64,000 nt of DNA, taken from positions 7,502,001 to 7,566,000 of the forward strand of contig CM114271.1 in assembly GCA_050084515.1 (NCBI GenBank), written 5' to 3'. The position numbers and the translations under genes were made by a program. How positions within the stretch are numbered: position 1 is the stretch's first letter; each line of letters starts with the position of its first letter. Below are positions 14,844 through 26,967 of this stretch, piece by piece. The stretch comes from Blasia pusilla. Its lineage: Eukaryota. Below the pieces are notes generated by a model. It did not search any database and was not told the origin of the DNA. It saw only the letters and a list, made by a program, of their open reading frames with translations.

Positions 14844-17800
14844 TTGAATGAGGATGTTGGGGGTGATAGGGAGGTGTTCTTTGTGACACCATCTCCCACA
14901 GATCCTCAGCATGCCAATATGTCATACCTATTTAAGGTCAGGTGTAGGGTCTGTGGAAAGTTGCATACAAACATGTGCCCAGAGAAACTGAATTTGGATC
15001 ATAATTTGAGACAACACATGGTTAGCCGGGATCACTTGGATGCCTCTGAGGTCAAGGAGGCTTCTATGGAGATTGCATTGAGGTCTGGGAAGAGAGGAAG
15101 ACCAAGGAAAGCAGATACTAGGGATCAACACCGATCACATGGATCAATCCTGAGGTTCTTTACAGGAGATAAGTCCAACGTTGGGAGCTCTTCAGGGAAA
15201 GGTGGGTCAGATCCAGCAATAGATCCAGGACTAAGTTTGCTTTGTTGGGGATTGTGGGATGAAATGGTAAAGTGGAGAGGAGATCCGATGGATGTCAAGG
15301 CTGTTCTTGATGATCAAGAGGGAGGGGCCTTGTGGGATTGTGAGTTAACCTGTTGTGTACAGGTTTACAATCCTACTCTAGAGTCTATAGTGACCATTCA
15401 TGGTTGTTTTAGACACAAGCAATGTGAAAGGTTGTCTTACAATGGTGGCGGGTTTATGAACCTAACGTGTAGTAAATGTAAGTCAGTAAAGCGATTGGAT
15501 GATTTCCGTGGTCGGGTGCACAGGGAAGCAGAAGCTTTAGTGCAAAGAGGAGCCAGAGATACCAGTGGGGGGATACGGTTGGATTGTCTTACCAAGACAG
15601 AGCACAGAAAGCACGTTGCAAATTTAACTTCCAAATTCAGAAAGCAATGATGGCTTCTATCACAGTATGCTGCCAAAGTAGCTGCCTTGAGTACTAGGCG
15701 AAGGAAGCTAGAGGAATTATTAGGAGTAGCTATAGATAGGAAGGATCTAAGACTATTCCTTAGGAATATAGTGAATGGGCATAGGACTGGAGCATTTGGT
15801 GGCAAAGAAGGGTTATGGGATTTCATGACAGATGTTGCTAGAAATCTAACCACGGCTGCCAAGGGTTTTACGTATGGTAAGAGAACCAAAGCCATAGCCC
15901 AAGCAATGCTACAATTTGGTGGTAGGCAAGTGGCCCACTGCTTTCAGAAGAACTTAGGTGGTCCAAGTCTAAAAACATTGAAGCGAGATAGAGCCAAGAT
16001 ACCACCCTTCAGAGCTGGATTACGCAAAGAGATATTCTTGGAGGTGGGCAGAAATTTGTCTGCATCAAAGCAAACTCTTGGAATTGAAGGAGATGTCCCT
16101 GTAATATTTGCAGAGGATGAAACAAGGATTAAGGAGAGGCCCAGGTGAGTGTTTGAGATTCAATAAAAAAAATTATAAGCGAGATTCAATACAACAAATT
16201 ATAAGCCTTTGAGATTTTTTTTCCTTGTGAATACAACCTAACATTAAAGAGTCATGACTGACATATGGGAGGCCAAGTATGATACCCTGATTGGGTTTTG
16301 TGGGCCCAAAGAGGCACACCAATGTTCATATGGAATGGAAGTACTGGTCGGGGAGGGTGATGAGGGCTACCACAAGATTGTAAGTACTTTCCAAGGTTAT
16401 TGTAAAGGCATGTATGCAAGAGTTGTCATTGTAAATCCTCTTCATGAATCTATGCCTAAATTGGCCATCTGTGTTACTGTCACGTGTAACAAGTTCAGTG
16501 CAGACTGGGTGAGACAACAGTGGGTGCAGCTGAAAGAAATATGGGATGAGTATTGTCGGCTTGATGTCGGGTCGTTATTAGGACATCCTAGTGACAGGGA
16601 TGCTCGTCGTAGAAAACTAATGATGGAGGATTTTAGGGGTGTTAGCTCTACTGCACGTAGGTATAGTGTGGGGTGGGAAGGATGGCAATATTCTGTCTCT
16701 ATTCTTCCTAATGGTGATCTGTATGGCTTTGGAGACCAAGATGCACCTCACAATGGGAAGAAAGCAATTAATCGATTAGATAGATGCTCAACTACTTGTG
16801 TCCTTGGAAATCAACATGCATCTCTGTCATATGTCACAAATGTCTATAACCACTAAAGAATTCACGAGCATGGCTTGAAGTGGGATGATGTGAATAGGAC
16901 TGATAGGCAAAATTGGGCTGGGCCTCAACGAATTGCTTCAAAGAGAGTGCAAGCTTGTTTGCAGGATATGTTTGAGAGAATGGATGTTCGCCATGACAGA
17001 AGCCTAGGGACCCAACTATACTTGGAGGTTTGTGGTAATTACATTGATATTTTCTTCTCACGTAAGCATGACTTGAGAAGTCGTGTAGTTTTGGCATCTA
17101 AAGTGTCGTGGTTCTTTCGACCTTGAGACTTTGGCTGAGACATGGTGATCATTCTGTGACAGGGAGTGTAGGATCTGTGACAAAGAAGAACATGATATCA
17201 GTGCAAGCTTTCCATGATATCAACATGTCTTGCCATTTTATTGTATTACTAATGTGTGCTTTCCGTGACAAGTATCCATACTTGCAAGTTCCATTTCACC
17301 TCCTAGGATTTGATTGTTGTGAGATCTTCTTCAGCAAGGTAGATGGAATGAGTGGCCATGAACAGAACTATGATTTTGGGTCTTTGTTGGATAGTGCAGT
17401 GGGGTTGAATAGACTGGCTAGCTTGGAATTTGGACCAGAAGGATTAAAGATTGGCGGGTCTCATCCAAAGCAAGATCACGTGTGGGGAACTTTCCATCCG
17501 TTAGGTATAGGAGAAGATGCTCCTAATCTGTTTGACTATTCATTAATTCAGACTAATGAGATGGTAGTTCATGCCCTTAAAGAGGGTTTGGAAGAAGCAA
17601 AATCAATATTGACCAGGTTGAGTAGGTCTCCTAGGTCCTCTTTGCCTACAGGTCAGAGGCGATGGTGGTTGCATCCACAAGATGTGGAGGCAGAGACGTG
17701 GCCTTATTCTCATTATAAATGAGGCAGTTGCATGTGATGACTCTGAGGATTTCGTTGAACATAGACCAACAGTAGGTCCTTGCCCACCCAAGGAGTCTAG

Positions 17801-18668
17801 AGTTGATGAAACAAAAATTGATAACCCAATGCAGAGGGATTTCAATAGTCTTGATGCTTGGGAAAGTGATGCACCAACCTTTGTTGAGTTTAGAGTGATT
17901 GGTGAGGACTTGGCTGAGGATGCAGATAACAATCCATCCATATAGACAGAAATATTGGGACATGAGGTAAGGCATGTATTCGGTTCAATTGTGCAGGAGT
18001 GCACAGATGGAGTTCCTTGTCAAGTTGTGCCTACTGTGACATTTCAAGGCAGAATATACTACAAGTCCACTTTGGTGAGTGATTGGGCCTGCAATCATTT
18101 CATTTCTAAAGATAGGCTAACACGGATGTCACAGAAAACATATTACACTATAGGTAAGGTAAAAGAACCAAGTAATCTAGATTGCCCAACTTGTTATGTT
18201 GACATTGGAAGTGATGTAGCTATTTTGTTTGAGTCTACTACACAAGTTGGACCTTCTACTAGATCAAGTAAGTCAAAGAAGAGAAAACAAAAAGACTTGG
18301 ATGAGAACAGAATAGTTCCTACAAAAGAGTTTTGGTTAGGTCGCATTCTATTCATCAAACAAAAATACCATAGTCAATGGGGTAGATGTAGATCTCCTAT
18401 TGATCTTTTGGACCGACCTGTCCCAAAAGATGGACAGACAGGCAGTGTTTGTCAGATATTGTGCAATTGGTATCGGCGAACAGGTAAGAGCAACACCTTG
18501 TTCACATATGATGCATGTGATGGCCAATATATAGACATTGAAATGGTAATTTCAAATGTGAGTTTGTCCATGAAACCAAGTCTTACATCCAGGATATATG
18601 AATTGGATAACAGTGATTTACAAGTGATCAATGATTACATCCGCAGCGTGTCGTCTTTTGCCAAGTGA
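14844..18668 (+). pseudogene. Degenerate transposase (C2H2-like finger, AT-hook, P/THAP9-like DDE core)
   Basis: CRVC...H...H finger; KRGRPRK AT-hook; 'FAEDETRIK', 'GHPSD', 'DAPHNGKKAINRL' (DxxH), 'DRQN', 'DCCEIFFS'. Broken by stops and frameshifts; probable intron from GTGAGT at ~16145. Confidence 0.7.
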
Positions 18669-19161
18669 TGTGCATGTTATAGTGTGAAGTCATTTTCTGA
18701 GTTTATGATAGGCTAGTTTTGGGAGGGGATAGATTAGGGGGATGACGGAGTGGCCATATGAGCATCCTGCCCATACAGAGGTTCAATTCCTCTCCGTCAT
18801 AGGTGTCAAAGTAATGGGGAAAATGGAAGTTGCACTAAATATTGATTCAATGGAAACATGCACATAATTCCACCTTACATATCATACTATGTTTGGCAGT
18901 GGCTTGGGTATTGCTGAAAGCTTTTGATAGCCTATTATCAAGTGCAACAATACAAGATCGCCCCGCGAAGGGTACTTATCTTTACTTTCAAGCCCCTAAA
19001 CAAATCTACGTCGTAAGTGAAATTTATAAGTTAGGGGTTAGAGGTCGGAAACCCCTAACTTATAAGTGATTAGTCACTAAATTACCTACGACGTTTTGGG
19101 GTTTCCGACCCCAAAACGTCGTAGGTAATGTAGGAGGTATACATAGAGTGTCCCCCCCGAG

Positions 19162-19492
19162 AGAAAACTATATGTTGCCTTATCTAGAGTAGGTTCTAGC
19201 AATTCAATCCATATGATGATTGATAGTCAAAATCCACCAAACAAAGAAATGAAATATTATAATGCTTATACTAGAAATGTTGTATATAGTGAAGTGTTAT
19301 ATTGAGAAAATTATAGTTAGAGTTTTGAGATATTTCTTCTTCTTCAATTTTTTTCTAATGACGATATTCTATGTCTTCTTCACTAAGAACTTTGGTATAT
19401 CTTATTATATTATATTAAAATAAAATAAATAGTTATATATTTTTAGTATTGTAAAATTTGATGCCGGTGCATCGCATGGGCATTCTCACTAG
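19162..19492 (+). mobile_element. Helitron helicase end and 3' terminus
   Basis: 'LYVALSRV...TRNVVYSEVL'; GC-rich hairpin GCCGGTGCATCGCATGGGC (19463-19481) followed by CTAG|T at 19489-19493. Confidence 0.9.
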
Positions 19493-20979
19493 TTGTGGTT
19501 ATGGGAACTTTCAAATATCATGCAACGTGAGAAGTCAAAATTGATGTTGTAGTTGCAAGACATTTGCGAATTTGACCCTAAACGTATTTGCAGTGTGCAC
19601 TCAAAAATCATAATCACAAAATAGTTGTAAATTTGAAATTTTGACTAGGAAGCAACCATAAATCCCTTGTTGTGATGCCTGAGCTGCCCCAAGATAACCC
19701 TATTCAAATTTTACCGCCAAAAAATGTCCAACTAAAGTATGCCAATGATTTAGGCTTAGATATGTCTTATTTGGGAGGTGACCTAGCTATCAAGACGCGA
19801 AATCAGCCAATTTATTGATCAGAGAAAGGCATGGGAAACATCATTTAGAGAACTTAAAAACAACCACTTGCTACAAGCATTCTCCCTATTTCCATGTTCT
19901 TAATATATTCAAAATTACTTTACCTATTTTCTTGGAGGTGAAACTTTGGATGCTTAGCTTATACACATGCCTATTCAAGAATTCAAGAGGAGTTGATAAC
20001 ATCCACGGGCACCAAATGCAATGAATCCAAGTTAACACAATAGCAAGCTATAACTCATACTACTTACGTTACAGGTGGAATCAAGCCCTACTAGAGGAGT
20101 TGACGGTGATCATGAAATAACCACTTGAACTCGTTGTAGATCTATCCTCTGCCAAAGCTGCACATCTAATCACACGTCTAAAGGAGGCCCGTGAGGATGG
20201 CAATATCTTTGCGGTACCTGATGATGCACATCACACAAGTGATGATGGTGAGTTGTTGCGCGCCCCTACATCATATGTTGATAGTATCTATGGATACCGT
20301 TCAACAATAGTATACTTACAAAATACAAGTAGTTCATACCAAGGAACATTGCACGGAGAATCTATGAAAAAACAAAAGTGTGCCTGATTGACCAAGACTC
20401 ATGATCAAGTATGTTATATGCTCAATTAATTGTTAGGCACTTTTAATTTCATTAGTTTTTACTTTCATGCATATGTACGCTTACTTTCATATGTTGGGCT
20501 TACACTAATATTTTATTGTTGTTATCCTATATCCACAGGTAGGTTTTTTATTGCACTTATGTCATGTGCATATCTTTCCTACTCTCAACGACCTATTTTG
20601 GGTGTTCATAGTTTGGTTTATTAATTTATGCCTTGAGATTCAAATACTACGTTCACGAATTGTGCAAATGTTATGTGTTGGCAGAATTTTGGCACTATGT
20701 TGCTATTGATCCAACCATGTCATTTGTTGTGTAGAAAAATCCTTGCGAGCCACTCTCCGCTAGCAATGATTACCGTACGCCAACCAATACCATCCGGGGT
20801 CTTGATGATACGCAACCAAAAAGACAATTGTCTGATAAGACGAACTTGTAGTTTGTTTGAGCAGAATTGCTGAGCGGAAAGTTTTTGGTCACTTCCATTC
20901 ATTATGTGATGTTTTTTATTACATGAGCATGCAGCTAAGTGCTCATTGCAGTAGCATTTACGTTTTTGTATAAATGTTT

Positions 20980-23900
20980 ACGTCTATTCGTCTCTGGACA
21001 CCATATATACAACATTAATGTCCCCACTCAAAACCTTTTCTTGAAGGCAATGATGTTGGACTTTCATATGTTTGGTTCGTGAATGGAAGAGTGGATATCT
21101 GGAAAAATTAATTGAACTAATGTTGTCTCCCAAAATTATAGAAGGATCAGATTGGGTAAACCAACTTTCAGCCAATAGTCCTCTAAGCCATATTTTTTTA
21201 TGTTGTGGCATTTTTAAATCCACGGTATTCTTCCTCTATGGAAGATAGTGATATTCACGCTTGGTTCTTTCATGAGAAGCTTACAGCCCCACTTCCAAAG
21301 GATAAAAAATATCCTGAAGTTGAACGGCGAGTTGTTGGACAACCTGCATAATCAACATTTGAGAATCCAAAGATTATCGGATCTTTTTGGTTGCGTCTAT
21401 TGTAGGCAAGCCCAAATGTGTTTGAACCCTTCACATACCTTGCCACCCTCTTTGTCACAATGAGGTAAGACTTTTGGGGGTCAACCATATGTTGGCTGAT
21501 CTGGCTTACTACATACTCAATATCTGGTCGGGAGTTGGTGATGTACATAAGTGAGCCCTCCAATATCTGGTACGCTTTCAAGTCTACCTTCTCCTCTTGA
21601 TTATCATATGTAAGTCTCTCTTTACTCATCGGAGTGGGGTCCAAATTGTAGTCCTCTAGGCCAAAAGTTTGAAGTAAGATTGCTATATGCCTTTCTTGAG
21701 TCAAAATGGTCATTTTTGGCCCTCACTTTACCTCAAGTCCGAGGAAGAAGTGGAAGCTCCCATGATCTTTCATATTGAATGAAGAAGAGAGTCCTTCTTT
21801 AAGATCATATTTCCCTTGTACATCATCTCCAATAATAATCAAGTCAACCACATATAAGATCACTATGACAATCCCATAAATATATAGAGATCTTGAGACA
21901 AAGGTTCGGGTCATGTTTACTCTTTGCAAATCTGAGTTCTTTTAACATAATCGAGTCATAGATTTGATTCTAGATTTGATCGCTTGAATTAGGCCATAAA
22001 AAGCTTTTCGCAACGTACAAACAAGGTTTTCCTTTCCAAGAGAAGTAAAGCCTTGAGGTTGTTGTAGATGCACTTCTTCTTCCAAAGTGCGATTCAATCA
22101 GGCATTATATATGGACATCCATCTGGAGTTGGGGCCCATATTGTTTGCAAGAGAAATAATCACTCTTATCATGGTTATCTTCACAACTCACCCATATGTC
22201 TCATCACAATCAATGCCTTGGAGTCGTCGATAGATTTTTGCTACTAGCCTCCCCTTGTACTTGGATATCGATCCATTGGCATTATACCTACGCTGATAAA
22301 CCCACTTTGTAGGGATAGCAATCCTTCTTGATGGGAGACGGACCAGGTCCCATGTTCAGTTGGCAGCTATGGCATTGTACTCCTCGATCATTGCATGTTG
22401 CCAATGTGGATTAGTGTACGCCTCTTGGAATAATTGAGGCTCAATGGGATATTTTTGATGTGGTGCATGGCTTAGAAAGAGAGCCATATGTAGAATATAA
22501 TCCTCCTATAAGTTGGCATTGAAGCTAGAAAGTTGGCGTTGTCAACTTGACCTTGGTGGAGGTGGTACCAAAAATGTAGGCTCAATATCGTCCAATACTT
22601 GATCTCTTTGACCGGGTGTTGGTGGTGGATCAACATGAGTTGTGGGCCTTGAAGATGGTACATCTTTGTCAGATTCATTTTCTAACTCCTTGTAATTAGA
22701 TGCTCTTCCGAGTGGGAAGTGTCTCCATCAAATATGATGTCATGGCTCAAAAAAACCTTGTAATGTTATAGGGAGAAAAGCTTACATCACGTAAGTTAGA
22801 GGGTGCTAACTTTGATGTAATTTCAACATGAAATCTGATAGCGCTAACTTTCATATTGATTTGATATTAATTAAACATTTTTTTATATTGATTTTTCATA
22901 TCAATAAACTTTCCATGCCAATTATATACATAAATTTTTCTTAAAAAAATGAAATCATAAACATATCAAACACACATTATATTCTAATTGATATCTAAAT
23001 GACACAAATCAAAGTTTTATGATGTATAAGCTTTCTCTCTTGTACCATAGCCAATAAATATACATCACACACATTTATCTTTGAGTTTTCCTTTCAATTC
23101 TTTTGGTAAATGTGCATAAGCTACACACCCAAAGATGTGAAGGTGTGTGACAATCAATTTGATACCAATGAAGACTACTTCAGTTGTTTTCACCTCCAAA
23201 GCCCTTGTTGGGCACTTTTTCAAGATGTAGATAGTCGTGTTAATGGCCTCTACCGAGAGATAGTTGGGGAGATGTCGCCCCTTCAACATGCACCTTGCCA
23301 TCTCAACTGCCATTCCATTCCTCCTCTCATCAATACCATTTTGTTATAGGCTATAGGCCGTAGTAAGTTGATGATGGATGCCATAAGTACTACAAAAGTT
23401 CTCAAATGCTTTTTCCGTGAATTCACCTCCCCTTTTTGTTCGTATTATCTTCACCTTTGAGGGCGGCTCACTAAGCTCTAGATGCAAGGGTTCTAGTGTT
23501 GTAGTAGATTGAGTTCTCATCAAAGTAAGAAATTTCTTGAGTACACCCAATGCATCGGATTTGTGTTGCAAGAAATAAATCCACATAAATCTTGAATGCT
23601 CATCAACTAATAGCATATAGTACCTTGCCCCAAATAGTGAAGCCGTTTGAATTGGTCCTCAAAGGTCGATGTGGACTAGGTGGAGGGGAGTAGGAGCCCT
23701 TGATAATTTCTCTTTGTCAACTTTTGCCTAGATTTTTTGCCTCGTAAGCATGTGTCACAAGTGGATATTTCTCCACTCAATTCTGGTAATCCTACAACCA
23801 TGTTGTCTTTGCTTAACAACTTGAGGCCCTTCATGCATATGTTAAAGTGTCCAAGTCTTTCATGCCACACTTGTAGTTGGTTTGAAGATCTTGCAAATAG

Positions 23901-25520
23901 TTGGGGGCTCGGCCTACTAAGCACTGGACATAGTCCTCCATACCTTACTCCTTAGGCAACGACAGAATTCTCGACCTCTCATAAGAACTCGCATCTTGTG
24001 GAATCAAAAACAACCTTCATCTTCTTTCTTTCGGTGATCTGGTCAATGGAGATAAGGTTGTGTGTTAAAGTTGGGATAAGCCATATATCCTTGATTGCAT
24101 AACCTTCACTTGAGCGCAATGTCAGTTGCACATCTCCTTTCCCAATAGCAGAATGGATGGAGCCATCGCCCATTGATACTTGAGGTCCATTCATCAAAGG
24201 TTTGTAAGATGTGAACCAACCTTTATTCTTCATTATGTGGTTGATGGTGCCGCTATCAATGAGCCACTTTTCCACTTGGTTTGTGGTAACCAATGTAGAG
24301 ATAAGTCCATAAGCATCATCTTCATTTTCAGTTGTGAGTGCTTGACTAGTTCTTGCATTCTCGGCGAGGAAGCTTCGTTGCTTTTCTTGTGGTCTCATTG
24401 ATCGATTGTGGCAATCATTCCTATACCAACATTGATTTGAATCATGGCCAATCTTACCACATATTGGACACTCCTTCTTGCCGTTAAGTGCTATAGGTCT
24501 TACCATTGAACTTCTGCACAGTGGTACGGAAGGTTTGGGCCTTTGCTGCGGATGTGTTATGCTATTATGATTGCTTCTTTTCATATTGAATCGATGATGT
24601 CCCCTTCTTCTGGCTGAATAGAGCACTACGTCCCGACTCTCGTCCTTCTTGGGCAGCAAGGTCGTTGCGTCTCCTCTCTTCGTCAAGTAGGAGGGTGCAT
24701 AGTTCAGGAAAAGTAGGCGTCTTCTCTCTCACGGCTAGAGAGTTTATGAAGTCCTCCTAGGAGTCATGGGCCACACAACAAGACTTTGACATTTATCATA
24801 GTGGCTGCCATGGTTTCATCATCAATTGAGACCTTGACTTTTGCCAAATCGTCTCTTAACTCTTTCATAGTGCTAAGATGAGAATACATAGTTGAGGTCG
24901 AGCTCATCTTCATTGAGAAAATTCGCCTCTGTAGTGCGAGTTTTATGGTCATGCTTGTGCTAGCATGAGCAACTTCAAGTGTCGTCGAAGCTTCCTTGAG
25001 GTCTCTCCATGTTTCAAAAGGGATTTGAGAATCTCTCGTTGACATCATAAGAATTCCAAGAGCCTTTGGATCTCTCTTCTCGAAGTCTTTTGTGGCTTGA
25101 GCATCCATGTTGGAGGTCTTCTCTTTGCTGCCATCACCTACATTGTAAAGATCAGATGCCATCAGAATCGCCTTCGTCGTGCATCGCCAAGTGCTGTAGT
25201 TGCTCTCATATAGTTTGTGGTTCTCACTCAATATGTTGTCAGTAAGGCTCATCATCTTTGATCTTGATAAGTGCTCACTTCGATCTTGCTGATCCTCTGC
25301 GCCTGCATATGTTACTTATTGATGCTAGTCTTCTTCGTCTTCTCTCAGATTGCTTCTGGCCCTATAAAAAAGAAAAACAAGGTGCAGATTCTACTAGACT
25401 GCTAATTTGACTTGAGAGTCGTGTCCTATCCTCTCTCAATATATGAGTACCACTCCTGGGAGTAGGAAGTAACTCGCGTAGTCCAGTTTTAGCTCGTGAG
25501 AAATTGTTAGAGATCTCACA
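20980..25520 (-). mobile_element. Degenerate Ty1/copia retrotransposon
   Basis: Gag (24764-25255), CCHC knuckle and protease 'WLIDSG' (23979-24686), GAG-pre-integrase 'WHERLGH', integrase, RT 'ILYVVDLII' and RNaseH 'HSRTKHM'. Putative short 5' LTR starts TGTGAG at 25520; no 3' LTR seen. Confidence 0.85.
22785..23024. mobile_element. AT-rich MITE-like insertion with TA target-site duplication
   Basis: TA at 22783-84 and 23025-26; imperfect CATCA...TGATG termini. Excision restores the copia frame EKAYKLFSP. Confidence 0.75.
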
Positions 25521-26967
25521 AGTAACCTACTCTGTAGTTTGTTTCAGCAGAATTGCTGAGCGGAAATTTTTTGGTCATTATGTGATGTGTTTTATGCATG
25601 AGCTTGCAGCTAAGTGCTGGTTGTTCATCAGTGTTTACGTTGCAGCCTCGTAGCCGTTTACACATTCCAACAACATAGGCGCAACAAAGGTTCCAGATGA
25701 AGCAAGTTCAGCAACCGCCGTTCTAGTGTCCCTATTTAATGCAGCTATCAAAAATATTGAGTTGGTGCAGGAGCGACTCGATAGATGTGAATCACGCAAC
25801 AAGATTCTGCACCAAGTGATGCAGTGCATTGGACAAGATCGGGGACAGAACATAAGCAGCATAGTTATCCTCCACGAACGGCTTACTGACGAAAACTCGG
25901 AGATCCACCTTCTTAGCAAGTACTGTCAGGAAACCTATGCTGATGACAAGCAAATGGCTGCTCACATCTTACGATTATAGTCGTGGTCTAGCTACATCGG
26001 GAAGTATGAGGAGCCAGGCATCTTAGTTTAGGCACTATTTACAGAAGTGTGGAGCTGTTCTTTGTAGCATGAGACTAGCACCCGTATCTAAATATGTTTA
26101 CTCAATGCGAAATATGATCTTCAATGTGTAGTGTAAATTCCGGGTCCTTTTTCTCAGCGGAGCTCAGAAGTCATCAGCTCTACGTCGTATAGACTATCGA
26201 TGTATTCAGATTTTTTCTCTCAATTTCGGGTATGCACTACAGTCCGTAATGCAACTTTAGAGCTATTTTTATGGAAGCAACTCAATCACAAGCAAAGTTG
26301 CTCTGTATGCTCTGCTAATTTTAAAGCAATTCTTCAATGCACAGACCGTTATTTATTAAGCTGCTGGTATTTATATTGACTTTCATAATTTGCTGTTACA
26401 TACTATCCACTGTTTGCTCTTTTTATTTCATGTGATGTGCTTCTTTGTTCTACATCTACTTCTTTGGGCTACAATCCACAAAAGTATATGCTCCAAGGAA
26501 ACTTTATCTGCTCTACTGTATCAGTTCATAAACTACCACTGGGCTTGCCACCAAATAGTCCAGTTCAACTCTGCAGTACATATTGCTTGAAGGATATTTT
26601 ATAACAAAACAGGTGTCATACTGTCATCACATGTGTATATAGATAATTGAAATTATTCAGGTGCGCTGCTGGATCGCTGATAAATGTTAGCAATCGTGTA
26701 CTCCTGACGAATTTCATGCAACTCGCAAGCGACCTGATATTACGTTGTGGTTGATAACAACTAAGCACACTGAGGTGCTTAGTTAAGAGAGGATGGGATA
26801 AGGATTTGATCTAATCCCCAACAAGTGGTACACCTTTTTGAGCTGAGCGCTAGAATCATCAGCCGCTAACTGCTAGGGAGAGCTCGGCAATTCGGTCGGG
26901 CATGGTAGTGGAAATATTTAAGCAGGAATTGAACAAAAGAGCTGTTGCTCCTAAATCTGTTTTGATT

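Larger units (their letters stand above)
13590..19161 (+). mobile_element. TIR DNA transposon with a P-element-like DDE transposase, inserted in the Helitron helicase
   Basis: TIRs CTCGGGGG...CCCCCGAG with direct repeat AGAAAACT at 13582-13589 and 19162-19169 (alternatively read as a 4-bp AAAA TSD with 10-bp TIRs). Removing the insert restores FSHRKLYVALSR. Confidence 0.85.
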
